The notes under the pieces: model-generated
Told to the model about the DNA's origin: nothing
Seen by the model: only the letters and a program-made list of their open reading frames with translations
Database searches by the model: none
Program-made: the position numbers and the translations under genes
Shown: positions 17,459-27,010 of the stretch, in pieces
How the letters are laid out: each line of letters opens with the position of its first letter
Numbering within the stretch: the first letter of the stretch is position 1
From: Desulfobacterales bacterium
Lineage (GTDB): Bacteria; Desulfobacterota; Desulfobacteria; Desulfobacterales; UBA2245
DNA: 64,000 nucleotides
Direction: 5' to 3'
Assembly: GCA_040771865.1 (NCBI GenBank)
Contig: JAXGZF010000006.1
Location: 1 to 64,000 of the forward strand

Positions 17459-18256
17459 GTGAAGCCCTTTGATATCGGCATGATGGATGCCCTTGCCCGC
17501 CGAAAAGCGCCTGCCCAGAGGCTGGATCCCCGGGCCAAGCTGTTCACGACGCTGGCGTTTGTTCTGACCATCGTTTCATTTGATTCCTATGCCCTGTCCG
17601 CACTGTTTCCCTTTTTGATCTATCCGGCCGCGATGATCGGGCTGGGAGATCTTCCGGTTGGCTATCTGGGCAAAAAAATTCTCTGGGCGTCCCCCTTTGC
17701 GGTGATGCTGGGAATCTTCAATCCTTTTCTGGATCATACCGTTGTCGGACATCTGGGCGAATGGGTAATCTCTGGCGGATGGGTTTCCTTTCTCTCAATT
17801 CTCATCCGGTTTGTCCTGACCGTGGGCGCCGTTCTGGTTCTGATCGCAACAACCGGATTCAATGCCGTGTGCGCGTCTCTGGCCGCTTTCAGCGCCCCGC
17901 GCATTTTTGTCGCCCAGCTTTTGTTTCTACACCGTTACCTGTTTGTAATGGTTCATGAGGCATCCCGCATGGCCCGGGCCCGGTGGATGAGATCCTGCAA
18001 AAACCGGGGGCCGGGCATAAGTACGGCCGCCTCTCTGCTGGGGCATCTCATACTGAGGGCGCTGGACCGGGCTCAGCGGATTCACACGGCCATGAGATGC
18101 CGGGGTTTTACCGGTCAGATCCAGGTTGCGCATCGGATGAGAATCCGCCCGGCCGACGTGGCGTTCATTACCGGGTGGACACTTTTTTTTCTTTTGTTCA
18201 GAATGGTCAACGGCTCCATGATACTGGGAAATCTTATAAAGGGGCTGATATCATGA
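17459..18256 (+). CDS. cbiQ: Ni/Co ECF transporter T component
   Basis: RLDPRAK, AMRCRGF; operon context. Confidence 0.9.
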   Translation: MKPFDIGMMDALARRKAPAQRLDPRAKLFTTLAFVLTIVSFDSYALSALFPFLIYPAAMIGLGDLPVGYLGKKILWASPFAVMLGIFNPFLDHTVVGHLGEWVISGGWVSFLSILIRFVLTVGAVLVLIATTGFNAVCASLAAFSAPRIFVAQLLFLHRYLFVMVHEASRMARARWMRSCKNRGPGISTAASLLGHLILRALDRAQRIHTAMRCRGFTGQIQVAHRMRIRPADVAFITGWTLFFLLFRMVNGSMILGNLIKGLIS

Positions 18257-19017
18257 GCCATCATATTGTCGAAGTCAGAAACCTGTCGTATCAATATCCC
18301 GACGGAACTAGTGCGCTTCGAGGCATCTCTTTTCGAATTACCCACGGTGAATCGGTGGCGGTGGTCGGTTCAAACGGCGCCGGAAAGTCCACGCTGCTGC
18401 TGCATCTGTCCGGAGCGCTCAAGCCCGCTTCCGGAGAAATCAGAATCGGAGATTTTCCTGTGACAGCCAAAACCCTCCCCATGATCCGCCGCTCCGTCGG
18501 CATGGTGTTTCAGGACCCCGACGATCAGCTGTTCATGCCGACGGTCTTCGATGATGTGGCTTTCGGCCCCTTGAACCTGGGCCTTCCTGAAGAAGAGGTT
18601 TGGAACCGGGTTCGGGAAGCGCTTGCCATTGTCGGCGCCGGGCATCTGCAGGACCGGCCTCCATGCCGGCTTTCTCAGGGTGAAAAGCGTGCGGTTTCCA
18701 TTGCCACGGTGCTGGCCATGTCGCCGGATATTCTGGTAATGGACGAGCCGACCTCCAATCTGGACTCAACCACCCGACGGCAGGTGATCGAGCTTCTGAA
18801 AACCTTCGAACATACAAAAATTATTGCCACACACGATCTGGATCTCGCCGTGGATCTCTGCCGACGGACCCTGATCATACATGAAGGCCGGCTGGTTGCA
18901 GACGGCAAAACTCTTGAGATCATGCAGGACGAAGGGCTTTTGGAACAGAACCGCCTTGAAAAACCCCTGCGGATGCAGGGCTGCCCGGTCTGCGGATCAG
19001 GTCGACCGAAAAACTGA
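18253..19017 (+). CDS. cbiO: Ni/Co ECF transporter ATPase
   Basis: ATGA overlap with cbiQ; GSNGAGKST, FQDPDDQLF, MDEPT. Confidence 0.92.
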   Translation: MSHHIVEVRNLSYQYPDGTSALRGISFRITHGESVAVVGSNGAGKSTLLLHLSGALKPASGEIRIGDFPVTAKTLPMIRRSVGMVFQDPDDQLFMPTVFDDVAFGPLNLGLPEEEVWNRVREALAIVGAGHLQDRPPCRLSQGEKRAVSIATVLAMSPDILVMDEPTSNLDSTTRRQVIELLKTFEHTKIIATHDLDLAVDLCRRTLIIHEGRLVADGKTLEIMQDEGLLEQNRLEKPLRMQGCPVCGSGRPKN

Positions 19018-19033
19018 AAGCTCGAGGAAAAGA

Positions 19034-19495
19034 ATGGACCGACAGAACTTTTCGACCATGGCCGTTGCCTGCTTTAAGCAAGGATTTTCCTGTTCTCAGG
19101 CAATTTTATCCGCATTTGGGCCGCAATTGGGACTTGACAAAAACATCGCCCTGAAAATCGCCGACGGATTCGGCGGCGGCATGGGACGAATGGCCCTGAC
19201 TTGCGGAGCCGTCACGGGCGCATTCATGGTCATCGGGTTAAAGCATGGCCGCCAGCGCGCCGATGATCATGCGTCGAAACAAAAAACCCTCCGCCTGATG
19301 AAGGAATTCATCAAGCGGTTCAAGGACCGGAACCAATCGATATCGTGCAAAGAGCTGCTGGGCTGCGACATCAGCACGGATGAAGGCTTTGAATATCTCA
19401 AAAAGAATGGAATCGCCGATACGAGATGTCCCGGGTTCGTCTCGGATGCAGCGCAGATTCTTGAAGAACTCTTTCAGGAATTTGACTCCGAATAA
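19034..19495 (+). CDS. C-GCAxxG-C-C family putative redox protein
   Basis: FSCSQA, GFGGG...TCGAVTG, SCKELLG, RCP. Confidence 0.88.
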   Translation: MDRQNFSTMAVACFKQGFSCSQAILSAFGPQLGLDKNIALKIADGFGGGMGRMALTCGAVTGAFMVIGLKHGRQRADDHASKQKTLRLMKEFIKRFKDRNQSISCKELLGCDISTDEGFEYLKKNGIADTRCPGFVSDAAQILEELFQEFDSE

Positions 19496-19578
19496 TTCAT
19501 TGACAATTCATGCCGGATGCCACCATAGATACCCTTTCGAATCTTACCGGCCATAAACCGTTTTAAAGGGCATTTGAA

Positions 19579-20295
19579 ATGTATACGAAAAAAGAGCAAC
19601 GCATTCTGCAGTCATTTCTCCAGGCCGCCAAAAATCCGGAAAAGGCCATGACCCTCGATGTCTTGAAAGGGTTTCTTTTCGGTCTGGCCGTCGCTCCGGA
19701 AATGATCATGCCCAGCGAATGGATCCCCCTGGCGCTGGGCGGCAGCGCTCCGGCCGTGGACGACAAGGATCAGGCCCGCGAGCTGATGGAGGGCCTGCTT
19801 CAATGCATCGAAAGGCTTTCGAAACTCCAGGAACGGGATAAGCTTCAATACCCTTTCAAGAACGACGTGATCACGGAAAAGAAGATCGAGGAGATCCGGC
19901 AGTGGGCCTCGGGTGTTCATCTGGCCCTCTGCCTTCGTCCGCATACCTGGCTGATGGAGGAATCCGGCCCGTTGCGCAACCAGGAGCAGGACCGGGTTGT
20001 CAACGGTTGCGGGGTGGTCTGCTCGGTGGCAATGCCGGAGCGTGCCCCTGAAATCTTTCCCAGACAGGCCAAAGCCCTTGAAAACGATCCACGAAAACTG
20101 GAAAAGATGCTGGCCGTGCTGCTGATGCTGCTTCCCGGCGCCATTGAGGCAATACAGAACTACAGCCGAAAGAAAATGCGGGAGCGGATTTTGTCCCAGG
20201 GCGCAGAATTGCCGGGCCCGGCGGGCAAAACCGGCCGAAACGACCCCTGTCCCTGCGGCAGCGGCAAGAAATACAAGAAATGCTGCGGAAAATAA
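19579..20295 (+). CDS. YecA-family protein (UPF0149 plus SEC-C motif)
   Basis: GFL..LAVAPEMIMPSEW; GRNDPCPCGSGKKYKKCCG. Confidence 0.88.
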   Translation: MYTKKEQRILQSFLQAAKNPEKAMTLDVLKGFLFGLAVAPEMIMPSEWIPLALGGSAPAVDDKDQARELMEGLLQCIERLSKLQERDKLQYPFKNDVITEKKIEEIRQWASGVHLALCLRPHTWLMEESGPLRNQEQDRVVNGCGVVCSVAMPERAPEIFPRQAKALENDPRKLEKMLAVLLMLLPGAIEAIQNYSRKKMRERILSQGAELPGPAGKTGRNDPCPCGSGKKYKKCCGK

Positions 20296-20372
20296 ACTCC
20301 GATCCGGTCAGAACAAAAGTCCGGCATTTCGAAAACCTTCGCACAAAATTCAAGGCCCTGCGCAGGCAAGGG

Positions 20373-21731
20373 TCAGCGGACAAACGCCATTAAAAACAGA
20401 GCGATCTGAAAATAAATGGTGATTCCCACCGCATCGATGACCGTCGCAATAAACGGTCCGGCGGTCAGGGCCGGATCCAGCCCGATTTTTTTCAGAACTA
20501 GCGGAATTAGCGCTCCGGTCAGATTGGCGGTCAGAAGCGTTGCCAGCAGCGCCGAGGCCACAATCCAGCCGAGCATCAGGTTGTGATCCTGAAACACGAC
20601 CCGGAAATAAGCCATGATTCCCAAGGCGCATCCCAAAGCCAGCCCCATGAGAAGCTCGCGGTAGAAGACTCTGATAAAATCCCGTGGATGGATCTCCCCC
20701 AGAGCCAGCCCGCGCACCACCATGGTGGCCGACTGGGTGCCGGCGTTTCCGCAGGTGCCGGTGACCATGGGGATAAAAAATGCAAGGGCAAACATCTGAT
20801 GGAGCGCATCCGCATGCCATTCCATGACAGACACGGAAAGAATCGAGGTAAAGAGAAGAATGGCCAGCCACAGGAATCGGTTCCAGAACAGTTTTCCCAG
20901 TGGACGTTTGAAATACTGTTCTTCAAAGGGCACTACAGCGGAAATCAGCTGAAAGTCTTCGGTGCTTTCCGCACGAATGATGTCGATCACGTCATCGACC
21001 GTAATGATTCCCAGAAGACGGTTTTCAGGATCCACCACGGGAAGGGCCAGAAAGTCGTATTTTGAGATATTGCGGGCCACGGTTTCCACGTCCATATCAT
21101 GCGGCACGCTGATCAGGCTGGTCTGCATGATTTCGGACAATACCGCCTGGGGACGGGACATGATCAGATCGCGCAGAGATATCATGCCGAGAAGCTGACG
21201 CTGGGCGTCGGTAATATAGACGTAGTAGATGGTCTCCTTGTTCGGCGCCTGAAGGCGAAGGCGCTCCAATGCAGTCCGGACCGTGATGTCCTCGGGAAGA
21301 TAGGCGTATTCGGTGGTCATAACCGATCCGGCGGTGCCCTCCCTGTATTTCCAGAGCCGGCAGATCCGGTTTCGCTCCGCCTGCGCGATCAGCGGCATCA
21401 TGGCCTCCCAGATGTCCTCGTCTATCTTTTTCAGAAGGTCCACCCGGTCGTCAGGCTCCATGTTTTCGATGAACTGAAGCATGATTTTGGTATTGGCCGT
21501 TTCCAGGCAGGACCGCTGGGTTCCCATGGTCAGCTGCTGGAAGGTTTCAATGCCGATTCGGTTGCCGAGCTGCAATAAAATTTCGACGATTCGCTGAGCG
21601 GGAAAACTTTCGTTTTCAAGCCGTTCCGCGATATCCGAGGGATGCAGCTGACGAAGTTCTTCGATATAGGTGAAAGCATCTCTGTCCGCAGACGGAGAAT
21701 ACGGCAAATGTTCTTGTAATGCAGTGCTCAT
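20373..21731 (-). CDS. mgtE: Magnesium transporter MgtE
   Basis: HPSDIA, TAGSVMT CBS pair, GIITVDD, GNAGTQ, DPALTAGPF. Confidence 0.96.
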   Translation of the reverse strand: MSTALQEHLPYSPSADRDAFTYIEELRQLHPSDIAERLENESFPAQRIVEILLQLGNRIGIETFQQLTMGTQRSCLETANTKIMLQFIENMEPDDRVDLLKKIDEDIWEAMMPLIAQAERNRICRLWKYREGTAGSVMTTEYAYLPEDITVRTALERLRLQAPNKETIYYVYITDAQRQLLGMISLRDLIMSRPQAVLSEIMQTSLISVPHDMDVETVARNISKYDFLALPVVDPENRLLGIITVDDVIDIIRAESTEDFQLISAVVPFEEQYFKRPLGKLFWNRFLWLAILLFTSILSVSVMEWHADALHQMFALAFFIPMVTGTCGNAGTQSATMVVRGLALGEIHPRDFIRVFYRELLMGLALGCALGIMAYFRVVFQDHNLMLGWIVASALLATLLTANLTGALIPLVLKKIGLDPALTAGPFIATVIDAVGITIYFQIALFLMAFVR

Positions 21732-22224
21732 GGAGCATCTCCTTTCCGTCCTGTTTCCATTGTACGGGAAACCGGGCGGTCAGGTCATGCTCACACCTTG
21801 AAAATCAGAAGGCGGCGGGGCAGGAATGTGACGCTCGTTTCCCTGAAAACGGGAACAACGATTTTATAAAATCGCATCCGGATTTATTGCATGGGTGATA
21901 AGGACTGGTACTGTCTGAGTCCCCTTCTTTCATTTTTTGTGGTCCTCTTTCATAAGATGTTGTTAACAAAGAGATTACGCCAAATAATTGAGCCTATATA
22001 CTCCTTTTTTGAAATTAAACCAAGAGAAAATATAAACGCCCTGTTTTCCGGCATGCGGATTTGGCGTGCTTGACGGGAGGGCGATCACGTTCCGTTCCAT
22101 GTTGGATTGAAGAAATCCGATTCCCCGTTAAAAAAGGCGTTATCCTTGACACGTTTAAACAAACCCAGTAAGAAAACGGATGACTTTGCCATGGTTCTTC
22201 AAATTTTAACAGCAAGAGGTAAAT

Positions 22225-22554
22225 ATGTTCGGTATCGGCATGCCTGAACTAATCCTGATTTTGGCGGTTGCCCTGATTGTTATCGGGCCGAAAAAACTTC
22301 CGGATATGGCCCGTTCTCTCGGGCGTGCGCTGGGAGAATTCAAAAAAGCCACCCGTGAACTGAAAGAAACCATCGACATCGAAAGCAGTGTTCCGAATAT
22401 CAAAACCAGCGTTGACGAGGTCTCAAAAACCGACTCCGCCGGCTCCACTGATCCGGCTCCGCTGCCGGCTCCCCAATCCCCTTTGCCGGCTCAGGAAAAA
22501 ACGGATGATAAATCCGAAAAAAAGGCGACCGTCGATCCTGAAGTGGAACTATAG
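22225..22554 (+). CDS. tatB: Twin-arginine translocase TatA/TatB subunit
   Basis: MFGIGMPEL...[11 protein letters not shown]. Confidence 0.85.
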   Translation: MFGIGMPELILILAVALIVIGPKKLPDMARSLGRALGEFKKATRELKETIDIESSVPNIKTSVDEVSKTDSAGSTDPAPLPAPQSPLPAQEKTDDKSEKKATVDPEVEL

Positions 22555-22557
22555 CCC

Positions 22558-23319
22558 ATGGAACCCGAAGACAAAATTCCGTTTACCGGACACATGGAAG
22601 AGCTGAGAAAACGACTGATCGTCTGTTTCATCGCCGTCGGCGTCGGCTTTTTAGTTTCCTACGGATTCAAGGAACAACTCTTTGAAATTCTGGTCCGTCC
22701 CCTGGTACTGGTGATGGACGAGGGCGACAAGCTGATTTTTACCGGACTTCCCGAGGCGTTCTTCACCTACCTGAAGGTTTCATTTCTGGCCGGCCTGATG
22801 CTGGCCGCACCGGTTATTCTTTACGAATTCTGGATGTTTGTCGCCCCCGGGCTTTACGATAAGGAACGGCGTCTGCTGGTTCCCATCATCATTCTGAGTT
22901 CATTTTTCTTTATCGGCGGAGCGCTTTTCGGTTATTTTTTTGTATTCCCTTACGGCTTTCAGTTCTTTCTGGGCTTTGCCACCGAACACATTCGGCCCCT
23001 TCCTTCCATGAAGGAATATCTGGGGTTTTCCTCAAAGCTGCTGCTGGCTTTCGGCCTTGCTTTTGAGCTCCCCCTCGTCATCACCTTTCTAGCCAAGCTG
23101 GGGATTGTCAGCGTGCCTTTTCTGAAGAAAAACAGAAAATACGCAATTTTGATTTTTTTTATCTTCGCCGCAATCATCACCCCGCCGGATGTGGTCACCC
23201 AGATCATGATGGCCGTTCCCATGATGATACTTTATGAAATCAGCATTCTCGGCGCCCGCATGTTCGGCAAAAAAAAGGAAAAGGAAGCGGCGCCTGAACC
23301 TGAGAAAACAGAGACCTGA
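22558..23319 (+). CDS. tatC: Twin-arginine translocase TatC
   Basis: HMEELRKRL, FVAPGLY, FELP, ITPPD. Confidence 0.96.
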   Translation: MEPEDKIPFTGHMEELRKRLIVCFIAVGVGFLVSYGFKEQLFEILVRPLVLVMDEGDKLIFTGLPEAFFTYLKVSFLAGLMLAAPVILYEFWMFVAPGLYDKERRLLVPIIILSSFFFIGGALFGYFFVFPYGFQFFLGFATEHIRPLPSMKEYLGFSSKLLLAFGLAFELPLVITFLAKLGIVSVPFLKKNRKYAILIFFIFAAIITPPDVVTQIMMAVPMMILYEISILGARMFGKKKEKEAAPEPEKTET

Positions 23320-23434
23320 TGCGCTGAATGGTTTTTGATTGACACGGACTTGCTTGCTTGATAAAAGTATTGATCCGGGAAGATTGTTTTTTACACGGGT
23401 TTCAAATAACCTTTGGAAGGAGGTGAAACAAGTC

Positions 23435-23884
23435 ATGAAAAAGAATCTGTTAATCATCGCTATCGTAGCCATGGCAAGCCTTTTTCTGGCTGCCGGTATT
23501 TACGCTGGAACCGCTTTCGTCGATAACATCAAGATGGAAAACAAGATCTACAGCGCTCATACCAAAGGCATCGTGGACTTCAGCCACAAGAAGCACACCG
23601 AGGATTACAAAGCTGCCTGCGGCGAATGTCACCACGATGCATCCAACAAACCGCTGGCTCTGAAAGCGGGCGACAACGTTCAGGGTTGCGCCGAATGCCA
23701 CCCGAAACCGGGCCTGGCGCCGAAAGGCAAAGACGCTCCTCAACTGTCCGCTGCTGAAAAAATGCAGTATCACGCTGAGGCGCTGCACGGCAACTGCATT
23801 GACTGCCACAAAAAGTACAATACGGAAAAAGGCGTGAAAAACGCTCCGACAGCTTGCACCAAGTGTCATCCTAGCGCCAAGTAG
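23435..23884 (+). CDS. Tetraheme cytochrome c3
   Basis: Signal peptide, FSHKKH, four CxxCH motifs (CGECH, CAECH, CIDCH, CTKCH); AGGAGG RBS. Confidence 0.93.
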   Translation: MKKNLLIIAIVAMASLFLAAGIYAGTAFVDNIKMENKIYSAHTKGIVDFSHKKHTEDYKAACGECHHDASNKPLALKAGDNVQGCAECHPKPGLAPKGKDAPQLSAAEKMQYHAEALHGNCIDCHKKYNTEKGVKNAPTACTKCHPSAK

Positions 23885-23902
23885 TTAGTATTTATGTTTA
23901 TC

Positions 23903-23942
23903 AAGCAGGGCGCCATCAATTGATGGCGCCCTGCTTTTTTTT
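23903..23942 (+). terminator. Rho-independent terminator
   Basis: Palindrome AAGCAGGGCGCCATCAATTGATGGCGCCCTGCTT followed by a T-run. Confidence 0.9.
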
Positions 23943-23985
23943 AAAAGCATTTCCCCTGCACCAGATCCCAACCCGCGGTTTTCCC

Positions 23986-24014
23986 TTGACATATTCCCGC
24001 ACCTCCTTTAACTT
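23986..24014 (+). promoter_or_regulatory. Sigma70-like promoter of dapA
   Basis: TTGACA-17 nt-TAACTT. Confidence 0.6.
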
Positions 24015-24047
24015 TTCAGATTCAAATTCGGAAAGAAAGGGAACGCC

Positions 24048-25091
24048 ATGCTTGCGGGATGTTTTACCGCGCTGATCACGCCGTTTAAGAACGAGTCCGT
24101 GGATTACGACGGTCTTGAGCAGATCGTTGAATTTCAGATTCAAAACCGGATTTCCGGTATTCTGGCTGCTGGCACCACCGGGGAAAGCCCGTCGCTGACC
24201 TGGGATGAGCATAATACCTTAATAAAAACCATATCGCGCCTCTCCCGGAACCGGTGCGTCTGCATTGCAGGAACCGGAAGCAACAACACCGCTGAAGCCC
24301 TCAGCGCCACACGGCACGCCGTTGATTCCGGCGTTCAGGCCGTACTCATGGTGGATCCTTATTACAACGGTCCGAGTTCTCTTGAGATTCGAAGGGAATA
24401 CATTGAACCGGTGGCCGGCGCATTTCCGAATGTGGAAATCATCCCCTACATCATTCCCGGCAGAACCGGCACCCAGTTGCTTCCGGAAGACCTGGCCCTG
24501 TTGCACCGCCGTTTTGGCAACATCAAAACCGTCAAGGAGGCGACCGGAAACCTCGACAACATGAAACGCACCCGTTTTTGCTGCGGTCCCGGTCTTTCAA
24601 TTCTCTCCGGAGACGACGCATTGACCGGCGAGATGATGCTGAATCCCGATATTGCCGCTTCCGGCGTGATTTCCGTCGTCAGCAACATCGCTCCCGGACC
24701 GGTCGGCAGACTGGTCGCGCTGGCGGCTGAAAAAAAAATCGATGAGACCAACGGTCTGATCGAGGCCCTTCAGCCCCTGTTCGACCTGGTTACCGTCAAA
24801 ACCACCGAATCTACACCAATGGGACCGGTCATGTGCCGGGCCAGAAACCCGCTGCCCATCAAAACCCTGATGGCGCTTCTGGGAATGCCTGTTGGAAAAT
24901 GCCGCCCGCCCCTGGGAAGAATGACCCTGAACGGTTTGAACAGAGTTGTGCAGGCGGCCCGACGCGTTCAGGACAGAAATCCTGAAATCCTCGGGCCGGT
25001 CGCCGAATTTTTTGGGGTCGACATCGAGGCGCGCCTGACGGATCCGGGCTTCCGGCATGGACTATGTTATGAAAACCCCTATGCGGAATAA
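24048..25091 (+). CDS. dapA: 4-hydroxy-tetrahydrodipicolinate synthase
   Basis: ALITPF, GTTGES, PYYN, Y..PGRTG, VKEATG, LSGDD. Confidence 0.93.
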   Translation: MLAGCFTALITPFKNESVDYDGLEQIVEFQIQNRISGILAAGTTGESPSLTWDEHNTLIKTISRLSRNRCVCIAGTGSNNTAEALSATRHAVDSGVQAVLMVDPYYNGPSSLEIRREYIEPVAGAFPNVEIIPYIIPGRTGTQLLPEDLALLHRRFGNIKTVKEATGNLDNMKRTRFCCGPGLSILSGDDALTGEMMLNPDIAASGVISVVSNIAPGPVGRLVALAAEKKIDETNGLIEALQPLFDLVTVKTTESTPMGPVMCRARNPLPIKTLMALLGMPVGKCRPPLGRMTLNGLNRVVQAARRVQDRNPEILGPVAEFFGVDIEARLTDPGFRHGLCYENPYAE

Positions 25092-25209
25092 TTCCGACCG
25101 GAATTCCTTTTAGGGCTTGATTTAATAGCACAAGGTGATATACGGTTCGATGATTCTGATTCAGTTATTCCATGGAATTCAAGGTGCCTGCAAACATCGG
25201 TTTTTTTGA

Positions 25210-25650
25210 ATGAAACAGTGGGTTCCATATACAAATGGACGCCGATTTCTCGTCAGACTTTCCCATAACCGGGATCTGATTCAATCCATTGAGGAATTAT
25301 GCCGGGCCGCCTCGGTTCAAACAGCGACTTTTTCCATTATCGGCGCGGTCTCCTCGATAACCATCGGCGCATATGACCAGCGACAGCAGGTTTATGTGAC
25401 ATTCAGCAAGACCGAGCCCTTTGAAATTGCATCCTGTACGGGCAATGTCTCCTTAAAAGACGGAAATCCCGTCGTACATGCCCATGCGGTTCTGAGTGAT
25501 GAACAAGGAAAAACCCTTGGGGGTCATTTGTTTTCAGAATCCCTGATTTATGCCGCTGAAATAGACATTCAGGAATTAACGGGCCCCCCGCTCCAAAGAA
25601 CCTATGACGAAATTACAGGACTCTATCTCTGGAAACCGCGGGAAGACTGA
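25210..25650 (+). CDS. PPC/DUF296 domain protein
   Basis: IGAV, FEIASCTGN, HAH, GGHL. Confidence 0.88.
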   Translation: MKQWVPYTNGRRFLVRLSHNRDLIQSIEELCRAASVQTATFSIIGAVSSITIGAYDQRQQVYVTFSKTEPFEIASCTGNVSLKDGNPVVHAHAVLSDEQGKTLGGHLFSESLIYAAEIDIQELTGPPLQRTYDEITGLYLWKPRED

Positions 25651-25712
25651 AACCGCCGTCTGAATGAACACGTAAGCATCCGGGACCCAGTTGCATGCCA
25701 GAGGAGGTATGA

Positions 25713-26774
25713 ATGCAAATTACCGTCAAGAAAGCACAAAACCTGAAAACCAAACCAGAGGATTCCAAACTCGGCTTTGGGACGATCTTCACGGATCACA
25801 TGCTCAACGTCGACTACAACCTCCAAAAAGGATGGCACAACGCCCGCATCGAACCCTACGGCCCCATTTTCATGGAACCGTCCACCATGGTTCTGCACTA
25901 CGGGCAGGCGATTTTTGAGGGGATGAAGGCTTTTCGAACCGAATCCGGAGAAGCCCGTCTCTTCCGCGCAAAAGACAACTTCAAACGACTGAATCAATCC
26001 GCCCATTCGCTCTGTATTCCCAGTCTGAATGAGGACTTCCTGCTGGATTCCCTGAGAGCCCTGCTGGAAGTGGAAAAAGACTGGATTCCGAGATCTTCCG
26101 GCACGGCCCTGTACATTCGCCCCACCGTGATCGCCATGGATCCTTTTCTCGGGGTTCGGGCCTCTCACACCTACCGGTATTTCGTGATTCTTTCCCCGGT
26201 TGGCGCCTACTACGCCGAAGGATTCAATCCGGTCAAAATATGGGTTACCAAAGACCATGTTCGTGCCGTACGCGGCGGCCTCGGCGAGGCCAAAACTCCG
26301 GCAAACTATGCGGCCAGTCTTTATGCCGGCGAGGAGGCCCACCGAAACAGCTATACGCAGGTGCTGTGGCTTGACGGGGTTGAACAAAGATACATCGAAG
26401 AAGTGGGATCAATGAACATCTTTTTTGTCATTGACGATGAAATCGTCACCCCCGCGCTGAACGGCAGCATTCTTCCCGGCATTACCCGGGACTCGGTCAT
26501 CGCCCTTGGCAAGGCCTGGAACATGAACGTATCGGAAAGAAAGATAGCGATTGACGAGGTCATGGCCGCGCATGAGAACGGAAAACTTCAGGAAATCTTC
26601 GGCTCCGGAACCGCAGCGGTCATCTCGCCGGTGGGAGAACTCAAATACGGCGACAAGGTCATCAGGATCGGCAACGGCGGGGTCGGGCCCGTTGCCAACA
26701 AACTCTTTAAGGCGATCACCGACATTCAATACGGCAGGTCCGAAGATTTGTTCGGCTGGATAGAAAAAATTTAA
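25713..26774 (+). CDS. ilvE: Branched-chain amino acid aminotransferase
   Basis: FTDHM, LHYGQAIFEGMKA, YIRP, EEVGSMN, ILPGITR, GSGTAA. Confidence 0.96.
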   Translation: MQITVKKAQNLKTKPEDSKLGFGTIFTDHMLNVDYNLQKGWHNARIEPYGPIFMEPSTMVLHYGQAIFEGMKAFRTESGEARLFRAKDNFKRLNQSAHSLCIPSLNEDFLLDSLRALLEVEKDWIPRSSGTALYIRPTVIAMDPFLGVRASHTYRYFVILSPVGAYYAEGFNPVKIWVTKDHVRAVRGGLGEAKTPANYAASLYAGEEAHRNSYTQVLWLDGVEQRYIEEVGSMNIFFVIDDEIVTPALNGSILPGITRDSVIALGKAWNMNVSERKIAIDEVMAAHENGKLQEIFGSGTAAVISPVGELKYGDKVIRIGNGGVGPVANKLFKAITDIQYGRSEDLFGWIEKI

Positions 26775-26800
26775 CCCTTTCCACGTGAACATGAAACCCC

Positions 26801-26851
26801 GGGTTTCCAAATGTTTCAGGAAAACCCCTGAACACTTTGGAAACCCTTTTT
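26801..26851 (+). terminator. Terminator after ilvE
   Basis: GGGTTTCCAAA...TTTGGAAACCC stem followed by TTTTT. Confidence 0.75.
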
Positions 26852-27010
26852 AATTTAATGCGCTTGCGGGCAACGCGACACTCGAAAACCTGCGGCCCGT
26901 CCCATACACTTCCGTCGATGCGGAAGTTCCTTATTTCGAACAGTTTGCATTTCTCTCCGAGTTTCAGTATTTTCAATTTATTATGCCATCCAATAAACAG
27001 GAGGTTCTCC

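Noticed and set aside
19034..19495. Second selenoprotein in the C-GCAxxG-C-C gene
   Set aside because: All motif positions are Cys codons, with no in-frame TGA.
21732..21960. M-box riboswitch or proline-rich leader peptide for mgtE
   Set aside because: No M-box consensus; the frame encoding PAPPP has an upstream stop and no start codon.
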